From a virus (lineage: Duplodnaviria; Caudoviricetes), in the IMG/VR virus record IMGVR_UViG_3300017911_002159, positions 32,001 to 96,000 of that record: a stretch of DNA of 64,000 bases, one strand, 5' to 3'. Position numbers and translations under genes: made by a program. The first letter of the stretch is position 1; the number at the start of each line of letters is the position of its first letter. This document shows positions 50,653-58,775 of this stretch, piece after piece. The notes under the pieces are model-generated. The model searched no databases, was not told where the DNA came from, and saw only the letters and a list, made by a program, of their open reading frames with translations.

Positions 50653-51029
50653 ATGATGAACAAGCAATAAAGTCAATCAAACTCACTTCTGGTGAGGAGA
50701 TTGTCGGTGTTGTGCATGAGATTTCTGAGTCTTATGTAGAAGTCCAAAGTCCTTTTGTTGTTAGTAAGACAATGGGATCTTCCTTTATGTTGTTGCCTTG
50801 GATGATTACGTCTGAAATCAATCAGATTCACTCCATCAACATATTAAATGTATCTTCTGTAGCTGAATCATCTTCCGATTTTCTTAGAGCTTACATAAAA
50901 GTTATTAAAGAAAATGCAGAAGACGAAGACCAAGAATTCGAGGTCAAGTCTTTAGATGAGTTTGATGAAGAAATGGAAGAAGAAGAGGAGGAGTTAGATA
51001 TGACTCCTCCTGATACTACCGTCCACTAG
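50649..51029 (+). CDS. Conserved T4-like Sm-fold-type protein with an acidic tail
   Basis: IKL.SGEEI; L.PW; acidic C-terminus ending in VH. Confidence 0.6.
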   Translation: MNDEQAIKSIKLTSGEEIVGVVHEISESYVEVQSPFVVSKTMGSSFMLLPWMITSEINQIHSINILNVSSVAESSSDFLRAYIKVIKENAEDEDQEFEVKSLDEFDEEMEEEEEELDMTPPDTTVH

Positions 51030-51373
51030 TATCTAACACGGCCTAGTGCATCGAATCCTAAACGTGGCAGACTATAAGAAAATTTCGGTGCAGGAATATC
51101 TGCTCTAGTAAGTGGTTTGCCCATATTAGAGAATGCTCTCACACCCGGAGAAATTTCAGGATACTGTCTTGCTGGCTGTGCAGGTTTGAAGGCAGCATTT
51201 CTTGGAGGATTTGGACCAGACAGCCCACTTCCGATTTTAGGATGACTTGCACCAGTAATATCATCAGGAGTGAATCCCGGAGGCAGTTCTTCTTCTGCCA
51301 TAACTGCTGGTCTTAAAGCAGCAAGACCAAATTCCATCAAAGTCTCTTTTCCTAAAAGAAGTTTTTTACTCAT
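51026..51373 (-). CDS. Orphan Pro-rich late protein
   Basis: Coupled member of the minus-strand operon; ..KETLME. Confidence 0.55.
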   Translation of the reverse strand: MSKKLLLGKETLMEFGLAALRPAVMAEEELPPGFTPDDITGASHPKIGSGLSGPNPPRNAAFKPAQPARQYPEISPGVRAFSNMGKPLTRADIPAPKFSYSLPRLGFDALGRVRY

Positions 51374-51834
51374 GCTTCGCCAATCCTTGTTTTTGCTACA
51401 CTAACTCCGGAAAGTGGTTTATTGCTTGCTACAGCTAAACCTAATCCTCGTCCCTTATTTATTCCGATTTGAAGTCTGTTAAGAATATTTGATTGCAGAC
51501 TTCTTCTTTCGTTGTTTCTCATTTGCCGACCAACGGTATCCACAAGACTTTTTTCGGGATCTAACGTAGTATTTCTAGATCTGTTCAAAACAGAAGCAAC
51601 AGGACCAACCAGAGCTAAAGATGCTAAACCTGCTGCACCAGTTGCTAAAAGACCCTTGTTGCTTTTAGCTAAACCCAAAAGACCGCCTTGTCTTGTGTTA
51701 GGTCCGTAGTTGTAACCAGAAGCTTGTCTTGCCACGTCAACCGGAGGAGTGTTGATGACAGGCTTACCCATAATCATGTTTGTTACAGGGTTTTCGTTTA
51801 GAACTTCTTCTTTAAGCTGCTGGTATGTTTTCAT
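51370..51834 (-). CDS. Putative internal head protein
   Basis: MKTYQQLKEEVLNE resembles the T4 internal-protein capsid-targeting sequence; hydrophobic segment. Confidence 0.6.
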   Translation of the reverse strand: MKTYQQLKEEVLNENPVTNMIMGKPVINTPPVDVARQASGYNYGPNTRQGGLLGLAKSNKGLLATGAAGLASLALVGPVASVLNRSRNTTLDPEKSLVDTVGRQMRNNERRSLQSNILNRLQIGINKGRGLGLAVASNKPLSGVSVAKTRIGEA

Positions 51835-52556
51835 TAGAGAACATCCTTATACAATCTCTCAAACTCTTCATCGGTGAGTCTGTTACGAATAGCTGAAATA
51901 TTTACATTTTCATCTTCGATAGCATCTAACAGAATAGTACGAGCCATCGTTTCATCACCAGCATCTAAGGCATCACCAATCTCATCAGCAATCCTTCTAT
52001 TTCTAAGAACTTTCATAATTCTTGGTGTTGCTCTTCTCATAGCTTCGACAGAACCAGCAAAAACAGCTATAAGAATTAATACAATAGTTACATTTACTTT
52101 CAGCCAAGCCTGTTGTCCTTCCGGTAAAGGCAAACTTTCAATTGCTTTATCATATGCACCTTTTAATGCACTTAATGCACCTAAGACAGCAGAAAATGCT
52201 AAAGAAAAAGCAGTTGCTGCTGCAGTAGCCCTAGCTCTAGCAAACTTCCAAACCTCAGCAACAAGTGATACTAATCCTCCCCCTGCTAAGGCTAATAATC
52301 CTTTTTGAGTAAGGTCTATGCCAATTCTACCCTGTAGACGTGAGCCACGGGGTGTTAACGAACCGGGTTTGTCTGCTTTGTAAGGCTCATTTCTTGTATA
52401 AGATAGTTTTCTTTTATCAAGAGCACTTAAAACATTACCTCTAGGAGGTCTTCCTTTAAATCCTGTTATATATGCACGGGGAGATTGGAAGGCAAGATTT
52501 CTTGGAGGTCTTCTTTGCTCCATCATTTCTCTTAACACATCTTTTGAGTATGACAT
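51834..52556 (-). CDS. Membrane-type orphan protein (MSYS..LRE family)
   Basis: MSYSKDVLRE; three hydrophobic segments. Confidence 0.6.
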   Translation of the reverse strand: MSYSKDVLREMMEQRRPPRNLAFQSPRAYITGFKGRPPRGNVLSALDKRKLSYTRNEPYKADKPGSLTPRGSRLQGRIGIDLTQKGLLALAGGGLVSLVAEVWKFARARATAAATAFSLAFSAVLGALSALKGAYDKAIESLPLPEGQQAWLKVNVTIVLILIAVFAGSVEAMRRATPRIMKVLRNRRIADEIGDALDAGDETMARTILLDAIEDENVNISAIRNRLTDEEFERLYKDVL

Positions 52557-53311
52557 CAGTACTGCCCTCTGTTTAATCTATTGGCATTTCTTCTTTTAAT
52601 AGCTTGATAATAGTCATAGTTATATGGTCTTAGGGGGCCAGCTTTATCAAGTATACTTTTTAATCCTTTTAATCCAGTCATAACTAGATTTACAGGACTC
52701 TCTGTTATAGGTCTTGGCTTTGGAATAGGGAAACTGACTGGTACAGTTCTGGTAGGCTTTAGTCTGTCTAATGGGTTCTTATCTGGTCTATTTGATGGAG
52801 CATATACACCAATAGATGGGTCGGGATTGTTTGGATCTGGGCCATCACCGACACCAAAATAGTTTATACCTTGTATAGTTCTAGTAATTGGTTTGGTAGC
52901 AGGAGGATCCATATAGATTTTATCACCGCTTCTATAATACGTTATTGGTCGTGGCTTTACTTTACTAGCAAGATAAGCACCACTAATGCTTGTGCCATCA
53001 CCAATGTCTACTAGATTATCATCATTAAACTGTTGTTCCGAAAGAGTCATTGCACCTAATTTCATTATCTGTTCGTTAAATCTTACAGAGTCCACAAAAT
53101 CATCTGGAGATGCTGTAAATTCAAAATCATTTTTTACGTAGTCGTTAAAGAATCTACCAGCAGAGTCTGCATTAATAAAATCATTGTAAACATCTTCAGG
53201 CACGTTGATGTAAGTGTAGTTTTTGCCAGAACCAGCAAATCTTACATTCATCTTTTTAGTCTTTTTGTTGTACGTGACCTTAGTGATGGCCGAAGAATCG
53301 AGTCTAGGCAT
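52556..53311 (-). CDS. KTSC-domain fusion protein
   Basis: SSAI..V.Y......V.F..G..Y.Y..VP..VY..F..A.S.G.FFN..VK. Confidence 0.75.
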   Translation of the reverse strand: MPRLDSSAITKVTYNKKTKKMNVRFAGSGKNYTYINVPEDVYNDFINADSAGRFFNDYVKNDFEFTASPDDFVDSVRFNEQIMKLGAMTLSEQQFNDDNLVDIGDGTSISGAYLASKVKPRPITYYRSGDKIYMDPPATKPITRTIQGINYFGVGDGPDPNNPDPSIGVYAPSNRPDKNPLDRLKPTRTVPVSFPIPKPRPITESPVNLVMTGLKGLKSILDKAGPLRPYNYDYYQAIKRRNANRLNRGQY

Positions 53312-53790
53312 TAGATAAATCTATTTTTCTTTTTTCTTTTGCCGCCCTCAGAAGGAAGCTTTGTTGTACCAGTGGCAAAATATCTTGCTGTACGACCACC
53401 AAGACCGACACCTTTTCTAATACCGTAACCAGTGCCTTTGATTAGACCATAGGTTAGACCTGCAGTACCGCCAGCAAGACCACCCATCGTGACATAATTT
53501 GGATTTCCTGTTAAAGCTTGAGCACCAAGACCCATTAAACTACCAAGTGCAGCACCGCCAAGAGTACCGGCAGCGGCTCCACCAAATGCACCTAAAGGAG
53601 CTGCTGTAGCACCACCATAGTATCGACCAACATTAAGGCCAATTCGACCAGTTGTTGTTTCTGGTGTGTCCATTTGTTCTGGCGAAACCATTACGTCAGA
53701 TCCAAGTCTTGTAGAAAATGGATTGATAGTGCTGCCCTTTTTCTTTTTCTTTCCTCTAGCTTCTTGAATGGCCATTCTTGAGTAAGACAT
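53311..53790 (-). CDS. Glycine-zipper protein (MSYS..IQE family)
   Basis: GAFGGAAAGTLGGAALGSLMG; basic termini. Confidence 0.65.
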   Translation of the reverse strand: MSYSRMAIQEARGKKKKKGSTINPFSTRLGSDVMVSPEQMDTPETTTGRIGLNVGRYYGGATAAPLGAFGGAAAGTLGGAALGSLMGLGAQALTGNPNYVTMGGLAGGTAGLTYGLIKGTGYGIRKGVGLGGRTARYFATGTTKLPSEGGKRKKKNRFI

Positions 53791-53791
53791 T

Positions 53792-54214
53792 TTAATATCT
53801 CCCGTCTCTTTCTAACTCCGCTGCAATAGCATTAGCATAATCGATATCTGCTGCTCTAGAACCAGCTATAGCAGAGCCAAGTCTTGATCCTGCCGCTGCA
53901 CCAAGCACGCCAAGACCTACCTGTGCCAGACCTGTAACTTTTCCTTTAGTAAAGGCATCTTGACCACCAACACTTGCACCGTATTTGCCGCCAGCCATTA
54001 TACCTAAAGCAGTTCCAGCTAAGGCACCGATACCACGACCAACAAGTCTTCTTCTATCAGACTTTCTTTTTTGGTCTGTTACTTGTGGATCGATATCAAC
54101 AAACTTTCTTTTAAAAGCTACCTGTGGAGCAGAAGATTCATAGACACGATGATGTCTTTGTTGTTTTGTGGGCGAAAAAGCTTCTTTGATAGCTTCATTA
54201 CATGCTTGACACAT
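53792..54214 (-). CDS. Glycine-zipper protein
   Basis: GRGIGALAGTALGIMAG and GLGVLGAAAGSRLG. Confidence 0.65.
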   Translation of the reverse strand: MCQACNEAIKEAFSPTKQQRHHRVYESSAPQVAFKRKFVDIDPQVTDQKRKSDRRRLVGRGIGALAGTALGIMAGGKYGASVGGQDAFTKGKVTGLAQVGLGVLGAAAGSRLGSAIAGSRAADIDYANAIAAELERDGRY

Positions 54215-54235
54215 ATATATCTCCTTGAATTTCTA

Positions 54236-54703
54236 CTATTTAGGTGGATTGGCAGTATTCTGAACGTTTCTTATGGCTTGAGCAGGTGTGCTGATTTTAA
54301 AACGATTCAAACCAGCTTGAATTAAAGCACTTGCATCAGAAGGAGAGAAAGAAGCTCCTTCAACACCTTGCCTAGATGCAGCAAAGTTAGCCAAACCTCT
54401 TGCTTGTTCAGCCCCTGTATAAACCTTAGCAGCACCTAATCTTGCAGGAGAAGACGTTTGGTAAGGCGGCTCTTGAGGTTTCTTACCAAAAAGACCAAAC
54501 AGTTCGTAAAGTCCTTGTTCGATGAGTTGTTCTTTTTTCATTGGAAGTCCTTTATGTTTTGTTGAAGCATATTTTTCGATATCTTTTAGAGTCATAGAAT
54601 CAGCAGCTTTTTTTACGTCTGCTGATACGTCTTTCACTTCACCTCTTTTGTAGGCGAGTACAAGACCAAAAAACTTTTGTTGTTGTTTTGATACTGCTGG
54701 CAT
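54236..54703 (-). CDS. DUF3008-like N-terminus fused to an orphan region
   Basis: MPA.SK.QQ....A.KRGE.....SM....ASTKHKGLP. Confidence 0.65.
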   Translation of the reverse strand: MPAVSKQQQKFFGLVLAYKRGEVKDVSADVKKAADSMTLKDIEKYASTKHKGLPMKKEQLIEQGLYELFGLFGKKPQEPPYQTSSPARLGAAKVYTGAEQARGLANFAASRQGVEGASFSPSDASALIQAGLNRFKISTPAQAIRNVQNTANPPK

Positions 54704-55264
54704 TTAAATTACCTCGAATAAGTTTCTACCGAATGATCTAACAACATCACCGTCTTGAGAGATCATAATTCTTTGCATGTCTCTAAGCTTGGTGTCTGTA
54801 AGGTGTCTTCTTCTCATACCTTGTGCTAAGAAGATATGAACTTCTATTGGATCGTCACCTTCAACTTCTTGAACGGCAACCATTCTGTTTCTGCCTTCAT
54901 GGTTCATGACTTCTGCAGGTTGATCACCCTCTTCATCAACCCTTACGATTAAGAAAGGAGCACCGATAGCTTCTCCGTCCCTTAGTTCGTTAGCAATAGA
55001 GGAAGCAGATCTAGCAAAGAAGTTTCTTCTTTCGGCAAGTTCTAAGAAAACAGATGGTTTCATAAGAGTTCTGACGCCAAGATAATCGACTTCTTGGTTA
55101 TCAGGTACAGCACCCATTCCTCTGACATTATCGATAACGACTTCTTTAAGAGCTTTAAGACCTTCATTCATGATGGCAGCTTTTTTGATGTAAGGAACAC
55201 TTCTTGTTCTAAAGTCTGTGCTACGTCTGCCGTATGGATTGATAGGGTTTCTTTTAAATCTCAT
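54704..55264 (-). CDS. ParB/Srx-like fold candidate
   Basis: P.L.V ... HEGRNRM.A resembles the DGxHR motif. Confidence 0.4.
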   Translation of the reverse strand: MRFKRNPINPYGRRSTDFRTRSVPYIKKAAIMNEGLKALKEVVIDNVRGMGAVPDNQEVDYLGVRTLMKPSVFLELAERRNFFARSASSIANELRDGEAIGAPFLIVRVDEEGDQPAEVMNHEGRNRMVAVQEVEGDDPIEVHIFLAQGMRRRHLTDTKLRDMQRIMISQDGDVVRSFGRNLFEVI

Positions 55265-55266
55265 GC

Positions 55267-55413
55267 TTATCTCTTTCTCATGGTTATGAGTCCGAGTCCT
55301 CTGTTAGGATTACGTGACTTAATAGGAATTCTGAGAGGATTAGGATTAGCAAGAGGATTGGTGACTGCTTCTCTCAGAGCTTTGTAGCCTATTTCCATAA
55401 GTCTTCTGGACAT
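55267..55413 (-). CDS. 48-aa protein below the track cutoff; N-terminus paralogous to 55413-55817
   Basis: MSRRLMEIGYKALREAVTNPLANPNPLRIPIKSRNPNRGLGLITMRKR; coupled TAATG. Confidence 0.65.
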   Translation of the reverse strand: MSRRLMEIGYKALREAVTNPLANPNPLRIPIKSRNPNRGLGLITMRKR

Positions 55414-55817
55414 TATCTTGGTCCTTTTTTTGCATTAGATTTAAAGATGCCTTGAGCAATAAATGGATCTTGTCTCCTTGGGATGTCACCCTCAATATCT
55501 AATTCTCTTCTTGCAGAATCAAACTCATCTTTGTAAACACCCCGCTGACCTTGAAGTTCACTATATGCATTTTGCCTCATTCTTTCATATGCTTGATTTT
55601 CTAATTTGGGGGGAAAATTGTAGTCAGGATACTTTTTAGTCAGGTCTGCAGCGGGTTTAGTAACACTTTTAACCACTTCATCCCCCGGATTACCTGTCAT
55701 AAAAGTATTCATATTACGGGCAAATCCATCTTTTGACACAGCAGTAGGAGATCTCATGTGCATTTGCTCTCTTTCTCTCAGAGCTTTGTATCCCATTTCC
55801 ATCAATTCTCTAGACAT
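55413..55817 (-). CDS. Orphan late protein
   Basis: MSRELMEMGYKALRE; first gene after the late promoter. Confidence 0.6.
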   Translation of the reverse strand: MSRELMEMGYKALREREQMHMRSPTAVSKDGFARNMNTFMTGNPGDEVVKSVTKPAADLTKKYPDYNFPPKLENQAYERMRQNAYSELQGQRGVYKDEFDSARRELDIEGDIPRRQDPFIAQGIFKSNAKKGPR

Positions 55818-55847
55818 GTCCCATTCCTTTGTGTTATAAGTTACCCC

Positions 55848-55855
55848 TATTTATT
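55848..55855 (-). promoter_or_regulatory. Late promoter variant AATAAATA for the minus-strand operon
   Basis: TATTTATT on the + strand, 30 nt upstream of the 55817 start. Confidence 0.6.
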
Positions 55856-55875
55856 TTAAAAAGGATTAGAAGAGA

Positions 55876-56361
55876 ATGGTTTTAAGTCCGTTAAAGGAAG
55901 ACAAAGATGTAAGATGGATTGATCCTGATACAGGAGCAGCGGCATGCACTTACAACACTTGTCGTCAAAAGTTTGAGCAAGTGACCCTGACCCATACTTA
56001 CACCTTTAATACACATAAAGATGACATCGATGGTCCTACAAAAGATCTAGAGTTTTACTTTCATGTTTGTCAAAGCTGTAATAGAAAGCTTATTTCACAA
56101 ACAGACACAATCAAGACTAAAGAAAACTATAGAGACTTCAAACATCCTAAGACCAGAGAAGAGCTACCGTCTTTTGATAAGGATAGAACAGCTATCCAAA
56201 AGATTCAGAAGAAGATGTTTGATGAGTATGACCCTAAAGAAGTAGAAGATGATGGATTCATCACAGTTCATCCTAATCAACACTATGTTGATAGAGATAT
56301 TGAATCCCCTCTATTGACCAATGAACAATATGATAAGATCAAGAGACTAGAGAATGGTTGA
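55876..56361 (+). CDS. Hypothetical Zn-ribbon protein
   Basis: CTYNTC and CQSC pairs. Confidence 0.5.
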   Translation: MVLSPLKEDKDVRWIDPDTGAAACTYNTCRQKFEQVTLTHTYTFNTHKDDIDGPTKDLEFYFHVCQSCNRKLISQTDTIKTKENYRDFKHPKTREELPSFDKDRTAIQKIQKKMFDEYDPKEVEDDGFITVHPNQHYVDRDIESPLLTNEQYDKIKRLENG

Positions 56362-56494
56362 AGCCTTAATTGCTATCCCAACTATCATATTCTTTATCTT
56401 CACGATTATACTAGCATGGACAGTCATAGGTTTACTCATATGGTATGTCTTAGATAGACTGATTAATCTTTATAAAAAAAGGGGGCAAGATTAG
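56354..56494 (+). CDS. Small membrane protein (46 aa)
   Basis: MVEALIAIPTIIFFIFTIILAWTVIGLLIWYVLDRL...; overlaps the previous stop. Confidence 0.4.
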   Translation: MVEALIAIPTIIFFIFTIILAWTVIGLLIWYVLDRLINLYKKRGQD

Positions 56495-56500
56495 CCCCCT
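56474..56500 (-). terminator. Intrinsic terminator (minus strand)
   Basis: AGGGGGC..GCCCCCT stem with A7 on the + side, at a convergent junction. Confidence 0.75.
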
Positions 56501-56709
56501 TATCCATGTAGTGTAACAAAACCACGAAACTTGTCTTTAGACGTATCCCATTCTTGTATCATACTGCGTGTTTTATCTTCACCAGCAAAGTCTACAGACT
56601 CTCTAGTGTTTTCATCTATCCATGCTTGAGCAGCTTTTCTAGACGTAAAGCCTACTACCTGTTCTTCACAACCAGAATAGTCAGTCCAGTTAGCAATGTA
56701 GATCTTCAT
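56500..56709 (-). CDS. Hypothetical early protein
   Basis: MKIYIANW...; AGGAG RBS. Confidence 0.55.
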   Translation of the reverse strand: MKIYIANWTDYSGCEEQVVGFTSRKAAQAWIDENTRESVDFAGEDKTRSMIQEWDTSKDKFRGFVTLHG

Positions 56710-56720
56710 AACAACAACTC

Positions 56721-56837
56721 CTATTGTAACCAAGCAGGTCCGAAGGCAACAGAGATAAAGGAAAACACTAGAGCCATAAACATAACACCAACAGGTAACA
56801 CCATAAACTGTAGAAAGTAACTCCACCAACTTCTCAT
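56721..56837 (-). CDS. Small membrane protein (38 aa)
   Basis: MRSWWSYFLQFMVLPVG...; AAGGA RBS downstream of a sigma70 promoter. Confidence 0.45.
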   Translation of the reverse strand: MRSWWSYFLQFMVLPVGVMFMALVFSFISVAFGPAWLQ

Positions 56838-56871
56838 CTCAAAACATCCTTTCTTTAACCTCATAGAGAAT

Positions 56872-56900
56872 AGTATACAAGCTCCTACAAGACATGTCAA
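56872..56900 (-). promoter_or_regulatory. Sigma70-type early promoter (leftward)
   Basis: TTGACA-17-TATACT. Confidence 0.8.
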
Positions 56901-57056
56901 GAATAAAACAATAAACACCTCGACAGTCCCTTAAACCCCCGTCAGCAAGGCTTAGAAGGCGTTTAAACAGGGTACAGTGTCAGGTAGTGTTACAATTAAA
57001 AAAACGTTTCTTTTTAAAACAAGAAAACGAAAGGATGTACTATCTTTGAATTAGAA

Positions 57057-57866
57057 TGGTACACCTGTACTATAGAATGATAACATCTATAGTCAGTGCT
57101 TAAGAGAAATGTCTTTGTAAGTTCAGCCCGCAAAATATTTCAAATTTTATTTAATATTTACGTTGAGCTATGCACTCAGTGCATGTCAATAGTTATTTTT
57201 GCATAGCATGCTAAGTTTGCATAGCTGCCATAACAATAAAGTGGCTTATCAAATGATTCCATATATGAGAGACTATAAGAGTAAGTTAACCGATGATATT
57301 GGAGTTCATCATGTCTTATACGTTTAGCATTCTCAAATCTGACGATTCTTTTTGCAGCGTCACGATTCCCTCAAATTCGAGACAATATGCAGAAGAAATT
57401 TTTGCTGAGACTGTCTCAAATCCGAAATTTAAATCGGAACAATTTGATACAAAGTTTACGAGACTTGCTGGTGAAAATCTAAAATCCGAAGAATACCGAG
57501 ACGCCATTGGTAAAGCTTGGGTCATGACTCGGAAGCAGCAGGACGAAATCGATCAAATTTTAGATGAAGATTGGGATGTGGATCCTATGTGTCCAAGCAA
57601 TTTTTACTAAAATTTTAGCCGGGGAGCTTCGGCTCCCCACTATTTAAAATTTGATCTACCCGGACGATGGGGGCAGCACTCGGATTTTTTTCCGCAGTGT
57701 TAGAGTCAGAAACCAAACCTGCCATATTTTTAAGTACCCCAAATTTTAGACAAATATATTCAGTATTGTATGGATAGGGTATGATAGATAAAGTTTAAAA
57801 CAAGTCTTATGGTACAAGTGTACTATACATAAAATTTTAGACAATGTTTAGAGTACAATTGTACCA
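57057..57866. repeat. Three palindromic operator-like sites with a GTACAnnTGTAC core
   Basis: Cores at 57059-57070, 57812-57823 and 57853-57864. Confidence 0.7.
57311..57610 (+). CDS. Hypothetical protein
   Basis: GGAG RBS; followed by a GGGGAGC-TTCG-GCTCCCC hairpin. Confidence 0.55.
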   Translation: MSYTFSILKSDDSFCSVTIPSNSRQYAEEIFAETVSNPKFKSEQFDTKFTRLAGENLKSEEYRDAIGKAWVMTRKQQDEIDQILDEDWDVDPMCPSNFY

Positions 57867-58018
57867 TGTACAACTATGTCTGTATTGCATACCAGTCATG
57901 CATAAGGGGGGGATGCAAATTAGATTTTGTGGCATGGGGTTTGCATGCTAGAATTATGCCCCAAATAAAAATTTCGATTTTTACCTTAATTGAAAACTCC
58001 GCCCAAAAAAACAAAAAT

Positions 58019-58160
58019 AAATTTTAGAGAAATACCTTTTTGATTTAGTTTAACTTCCCTAGGCAAAAAATGCGGCAGTATAAAATTTTAGAAAAAACCC
58101 TTTTTAAATTATCTTAACTTCCCTAGACCCAAAAAATCGGGCCGCTAAAATTTTAGGTTT
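58019..58160 (+). repeat. ~64-65-bp imperfect tandem repeat (2.2 copies)
   Basis: AAATTTTAG at 58019, 58083 and 58148; TTAACTTCCCTAG in the first two copies. Confidence 0.75.
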
Positions 58161-58370
58161 TACCCTCGACATTCCAAAAATGCATGGCAGATATGCAGGG
58201 GCAAAAATGTTCTTGCAACATGTCTTATCTTGTGGCACTATAGGACCATGAAAAGCGAGAACAGCAACGGAAACGGAAGCGCTTTCTTTCTTGTTCTTAT
58301 GCGTGGCAAGCAGTCACCATATAGAGAAAGACAAGCAAACGGATTTTCTAAAATTGTTTTCGATTTTCTA

Positions 58371-58399
58371 TTGACTTCAAAAATGCTTTGGTTTAATAT
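58371..58399 (+). promoter_or_regulatory. Early sigma70 promoter
   Basis: TTGACT-17-TAATAT. Confidence 0.65.
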
Positions 58400-58458
58400 C
58401 AGGGCAAGCTTAGGAAAGCGGCAACGTTTCGGCCTAGGCAAGCGGAAGAAAAAAAGAC

Positions 58459-58487
58459 TTGACTTCAAATATGGTTTAGTTTAGTAT
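58459..58487 (+). promoter_or_regulatory. Early sigma70 promoter upstream of the structured RNA
   Basis: TTGACT-17-TAGTAT; the spacer resembles those of the 58371 and 59189 promoters. Confidence 0.65.
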
Positions 58488-58494
58488 CTTCCTA

Positions 58495-58775
58495 CAGTAA
58501 GCGGCAGGTGCACACCTGTTTTACAAAAGCGTGTTTTGCAACGTAATGGATTTTGTGTAGTGTGCAAATAGATTCCTTAGGGATGCACAAAATCGGGCTT
58601 CTAGTAGTGGGATGGCAACCATGAAAGAATGCTCAAACCGCCGTGGCCGGGTAAATTGTCAGAGGGCTGAAGAACGTGAAGGTGGGCAGTCAGAATCCCT
58701 AAGGATCGGTAAAAAATCTTCAAGCTTTGCTTGAACCGGTTTGTTGCGGGGCTTCTCACTACTGTCCCGCAACCA
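58495..58775 (+). ncRNA. Candidate large structured ncRNA with two long-range loop pairings
   Basis: No sense ORF of 60 aa or more. GC-richer than its flanks, with several stems and two 10-bp loop complementarities (see findings). Confidence 0.6.

Noticed and set aside
58640-58710. Group I intron core resemblance (AAATTG..., GGCAGTCAG...)
   Set aside because: No P7 guanosine-binding elements or interrupted gene could be identified; kept only as part of the unassigned RNA.
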